IMG/VR virus record: IMGVR_UViG_3300037010_000704
Location: 1 to 58,868 of that record
Direction: 5' to 3' (one strand)
Source of the DNA: a virus
Taxonomy: Duplodnaviria > Caudoviricetes
Length of the DNA: 58,868 bases
Of this stretch, positions 56,596-58,868 are shown piece by piece. Position 1 is the first letter of the stretch. Every line of letters begins with the position of its first letter. Below the pieces are notes generated by a model. It did no database searches. It was not told the DNA's origin and was given only the letters and a program-made list of their open reading frames with translations. A program made the translations under genes and the position numbers.

Positions 56596-58868
56596 GGCTT
56601 ACCCCCTGCGATACCCTTCGGGGCGTCCACCAGGGCAAACTGATTAGCCTTGGCTTTCTCATCTTGAGTGGAGCTACCCGCCGCAGCCCCATCCCTGGTT
56701 CGCTGGTCAGCGGCTTCTTTGGCGGCGGGGGAGGCCATGTTGGCGACGGTGAGATCCTTACCCTGGGCGTCGAACTCCATAACAAACCACGTCTGGTCAT
56801 CGTCGGCCTTACTGTTGTCCTGGTCATCCCCGAGAACAGCGATCTGCACTCCGGCGAGACCATTGTAGATGGCTTCCCACGCCTTCCCGCCCTGCTTGTC
56901 GAAGCTGGGGGTGCCGAGGGCGGTGAAGAGGAAGGCGTTGAGCTTCTCCTGCTTCTTTCCCTCGTTGGAGTCGGTGTCGGTGGTCTTTGCGTCGGCCTGC
57001 TTCTTCCGTAGTGCCCTCTGGGCTTCACGCTCCGTGCTGCTCATGGAGAAGAGTTCGAGGGCTTCGCGGAGACCCATGTAACGGCCCCAGGGGAAGGGGG
57101 CCATGACGACGTAGCCCTTACCGTCCGTGTAGGGAATCGTGGTCCGTAGGGTGTAGTAGTAGTCACCATCCACGGGGTTTTGTTTGGAGAAGTCCACGTA
57201 GGAGCGACTCTTACTGGAACCCCCCTTGGTAGTGGCCTGCTTGTCGGAGATCCCACCATTCTGGATACGCCATGCCTTGTTGAGTGTCGTCGGGTTGGGG
57301 AGCATGGACTTCTTGAAGCCCGCAGCGCCCAGGCGCTCGATCTCAGACTTGACCTCAGCCGGGAGCTTCTCAGAGGGCCTGATGTTATGGGCCACAGCCG
57401 AGTCATTCTCCCCCGTTGAGGTCGAGGTGTCCTTCTTGGGCTCGGAGGTTCCGGTCTTGGCGGTGGTGAACTCAAATACCAGATTGGGGACAGACTTGTA
57501 GACCAGGGCGTTCTTGGTGGTCTCCTTACCGTCCTCACCCATGACCTTGATGGCTTCAACGTCCTGCTTCAACACCCGCTCACGGATGCAGTCCAGATGG
57601 AGACGCATGGTGGCCGTGCCGCCCACGTTGTAGCTCCACGAGATGTTACGCAGGTAGCCATACATGTCCATGTGGGGGAGAAAGATGGGGTAGCCCAGCT
57701 TCAACTCAGGCCGCATGGGGATGGTGCATTGGTAGGAGCGGTAGCCACGGTTCGACTTGGTCATCTCATTGACGGCCCAGGCGAAATTGGTCTCAGGATC
57801 CTCACCCAGGAAGGAGTAGGACTTGGGCTCTTCGGCCCGTAGGCCAAACTTACGCAGCAGGTTGAGATCGATCCATGAACTCGTGGCCAGTAACTCCTCC
57901 CCGACCCCCTGCATTAAGGGGTTCTGGCCCATGGTGCCCTTCACGGACGTGCGGGTGAAGCGTATGGCGCTCTCGTCCTCCTGCTCGCTCTCCTGTTCAA
58001 TCTCAGCGAGGTTCACGATGAAGGGGTTGACGGGGGCCTCAGCCTTGTCGTCGCCGCTCACCCACTGGGTGACGTCCAGATTGTAGAGGGGCGGCTTAAT
58101 TATGATCCGGCCATCGAGATCCTGGAAGCCTTCGTAGCCAATGAGGTCCACCATCTGGCGGAGGCGCTCCAGCCGAGAGATGATCTCGCTGTTGAAGAGA
58201 GTGATGTTCCCAATGGCGTAATCAGGAGCCCAGTTCACGAGTTCCTTGAACTCCGCGAAGGTGTCCTCCAAGAACTTTGAGTCCTTGACACTAACGTGGA
58301 CACTCGTAGTGTAGTTGTCCGCCCTCATGTTTTCGTGGTTCTTGGCCAACTCCGTCCACTTCTGGAAGACGTCCTTCTTGTGCTCATCCCGGAAAGGGTA
58401 GAAGCGTAGGCCCTTCAACAGGCGGCGGAGGTAGATGGACCACTTTGGGGCGTAGCCTAGGTAGAAGGCGTTCCGCTCGTCTGTGGTGTCCCCACCGAAG
58501 CCGGATGAGCCACCAATCTCCTTCACGGATGTCGTCTTCAGAGCAGACATCTGAATGGGCTCAACGAACATGTAGAAGGCCGACATGAACGCATTTGAAC
58601 TGATGAACTTGGTCCGCATCGGTGACACGTCTTCAGGGTCACCATATTGGATGAGGCCGGGGGCCGTGTTGATCTGCATCAACTCCATAAGGCGCATGAC
58701 CCCTTTGCAGGAGATGGAGATTTCCAGGGTGGTACCCATGTCGTCGTAGGTGATCGCGGAGACCACGCCCCAGAAGATCCGGTGGTAGACCGTCTTGCCC
58801 TCGGGGTTGGGGTAGTAGCCCTTGGCAAAGATGCGGACGTCCATCATTGTCGAGATGATGCGATTGCC
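56592..58868 (-). CDS. Baseplate hub protein (gp27/gpD-like), 5'-truncated
   Basis: VRIFAKG...IFWGVVS..ISISC; EGFQDLDGRIIIKPP.YN; KFGLR; IPMRPELKLGYPI; frame open to the window end. Confidence 0.7.
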   Translation of the reverse strand, partial: GNRIISTMMDVRIFAKGYYPNPEGKTVYHRIFWGVVSAITYDDMGTTLEISISCKGVMRLMELMQINTAPGLIQYGDPEDVSPMRTKFISSNAFMSAFYMFVEPIQMSALKTTSVKEIGGSSGFGGDTTDERNAFYLGYAPKWSIYLRRLLKGLRFYPFRDEHKKDVFQKWTELAKNHENMRADNYTTSVHVSVKDSKFLEDTFAEFKELVNWAPDYAIGNITLFNSEIISRLERLRQMVDLIGYEGFQDLDGRIIIKPPLYNLDVTQWVSGDDKAEAPVNPFIVNLAEIEQESEQEDESAIRFTRTSVKGTMGQNPLMQGVGEELLATSSWIDLNLLRKFGLRAEEPKSYSFLGEDPETNFAWAVNEMTKSNRGYRSYQCTIPMRPELKLGYPIFLPHMDMYGYLRNISWSYNVGGTATMRLHLDCIRERVLKQDVEAIKVMGEDGKETTKNALVYKSVPNLVFEFTTAKTGTSEPKKDTSTSTGENDSAVAHNIRPSEKLPAEVKSEIERLGAAGFKKSMLPNPTTLNKAWRIQNGGISDKQATTKGGSSKSRSYVDFSKQNPVDGDYYYTLRTTIPYTDGKGYVVMAPFPWGRYMGLREALELFSMSSTEREAQRALRKKQADAKTTDTDSNEGKKQEKLNAFLFTALGTPSFDKQGGKAWEAIYNGLAGVQIAVLGDDQDNSKADDDQTWFVMEFDAQGKDLTVANMASPAAKEAADQRTRDGAAAGSSTQDEKAKANQFALVDAPKGIAGGKP

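Noticed and set aside
1-58868. Stop-codon reassignment
   Set aside because: Long genes tile densely in the standard code, and TAA, TAG and TGA all end genes at tight junctions.
1-58868. Many long antisense or alternate-frame ORFs (e.g. 4464..5951, 1823..3001, 16233..17210, 41854..42924)
   Set aside because: Shadow ORFs caused by high GC3 codon bias opposite real genes; no motifs or SDs.
1-58868. tRNA or rRNA genes
   Set aside because: No cloverleaf or T-loop context seen in the short intergenic gaps; tRNAscan/Aragorn not run.

Overview
A 58.9-kb, high-GC (roughly 60-65% by eye) segment of a large myovirus-type (probably jumbo) phage genome read in the standard genetic code. Most of the window (about 16-59 kb, minus strand) is a tail/baseplate morphogenesis region. 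It carries a gp27-like hub, a gp5-like spike, a cluster of fibre/receptor-binding genes, a 2747-aa Ig-repeat protein, and gp25-, gpJ/gp6- and gpI-like wedge proteins. A lysozyme-fold lysin candidate and a divergent PKD+Kelch-like gene also lie there. The left end has head-tail/neck-like genes. An accessory block at 4-16 kb holds a UvrD/PcrA helicase, a papain-family C1A peptidase, an AT-rich orphan N6-adenine methylase island, an SNF2/HARP-like helicase and a CCA-adding enzyme with HD domain. Selfish nucleases are dense: a GIY-YIG gene, one intact and one decayed PD-(D/E)XK homing-type nuclease, and a solo IS607-like TnpB. The TnpB has intact RuvC residues and an omegaRNA-like 3' end but no transposase. 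The most interesting signals are (1) that solo TnpB, which follows a candidate phage late-promoter motif and whose predicted guide nearly repeats a gene junction 1.65 kb upstream; (2) a promoter/hairpin/read-through cassette ahead of the intact homing nuclease; (3) two phage-specific promoter motifs; and (4) two class-II nucleotidyltransferases. All functional calls come from motif recognition by eye. No database searches were run.
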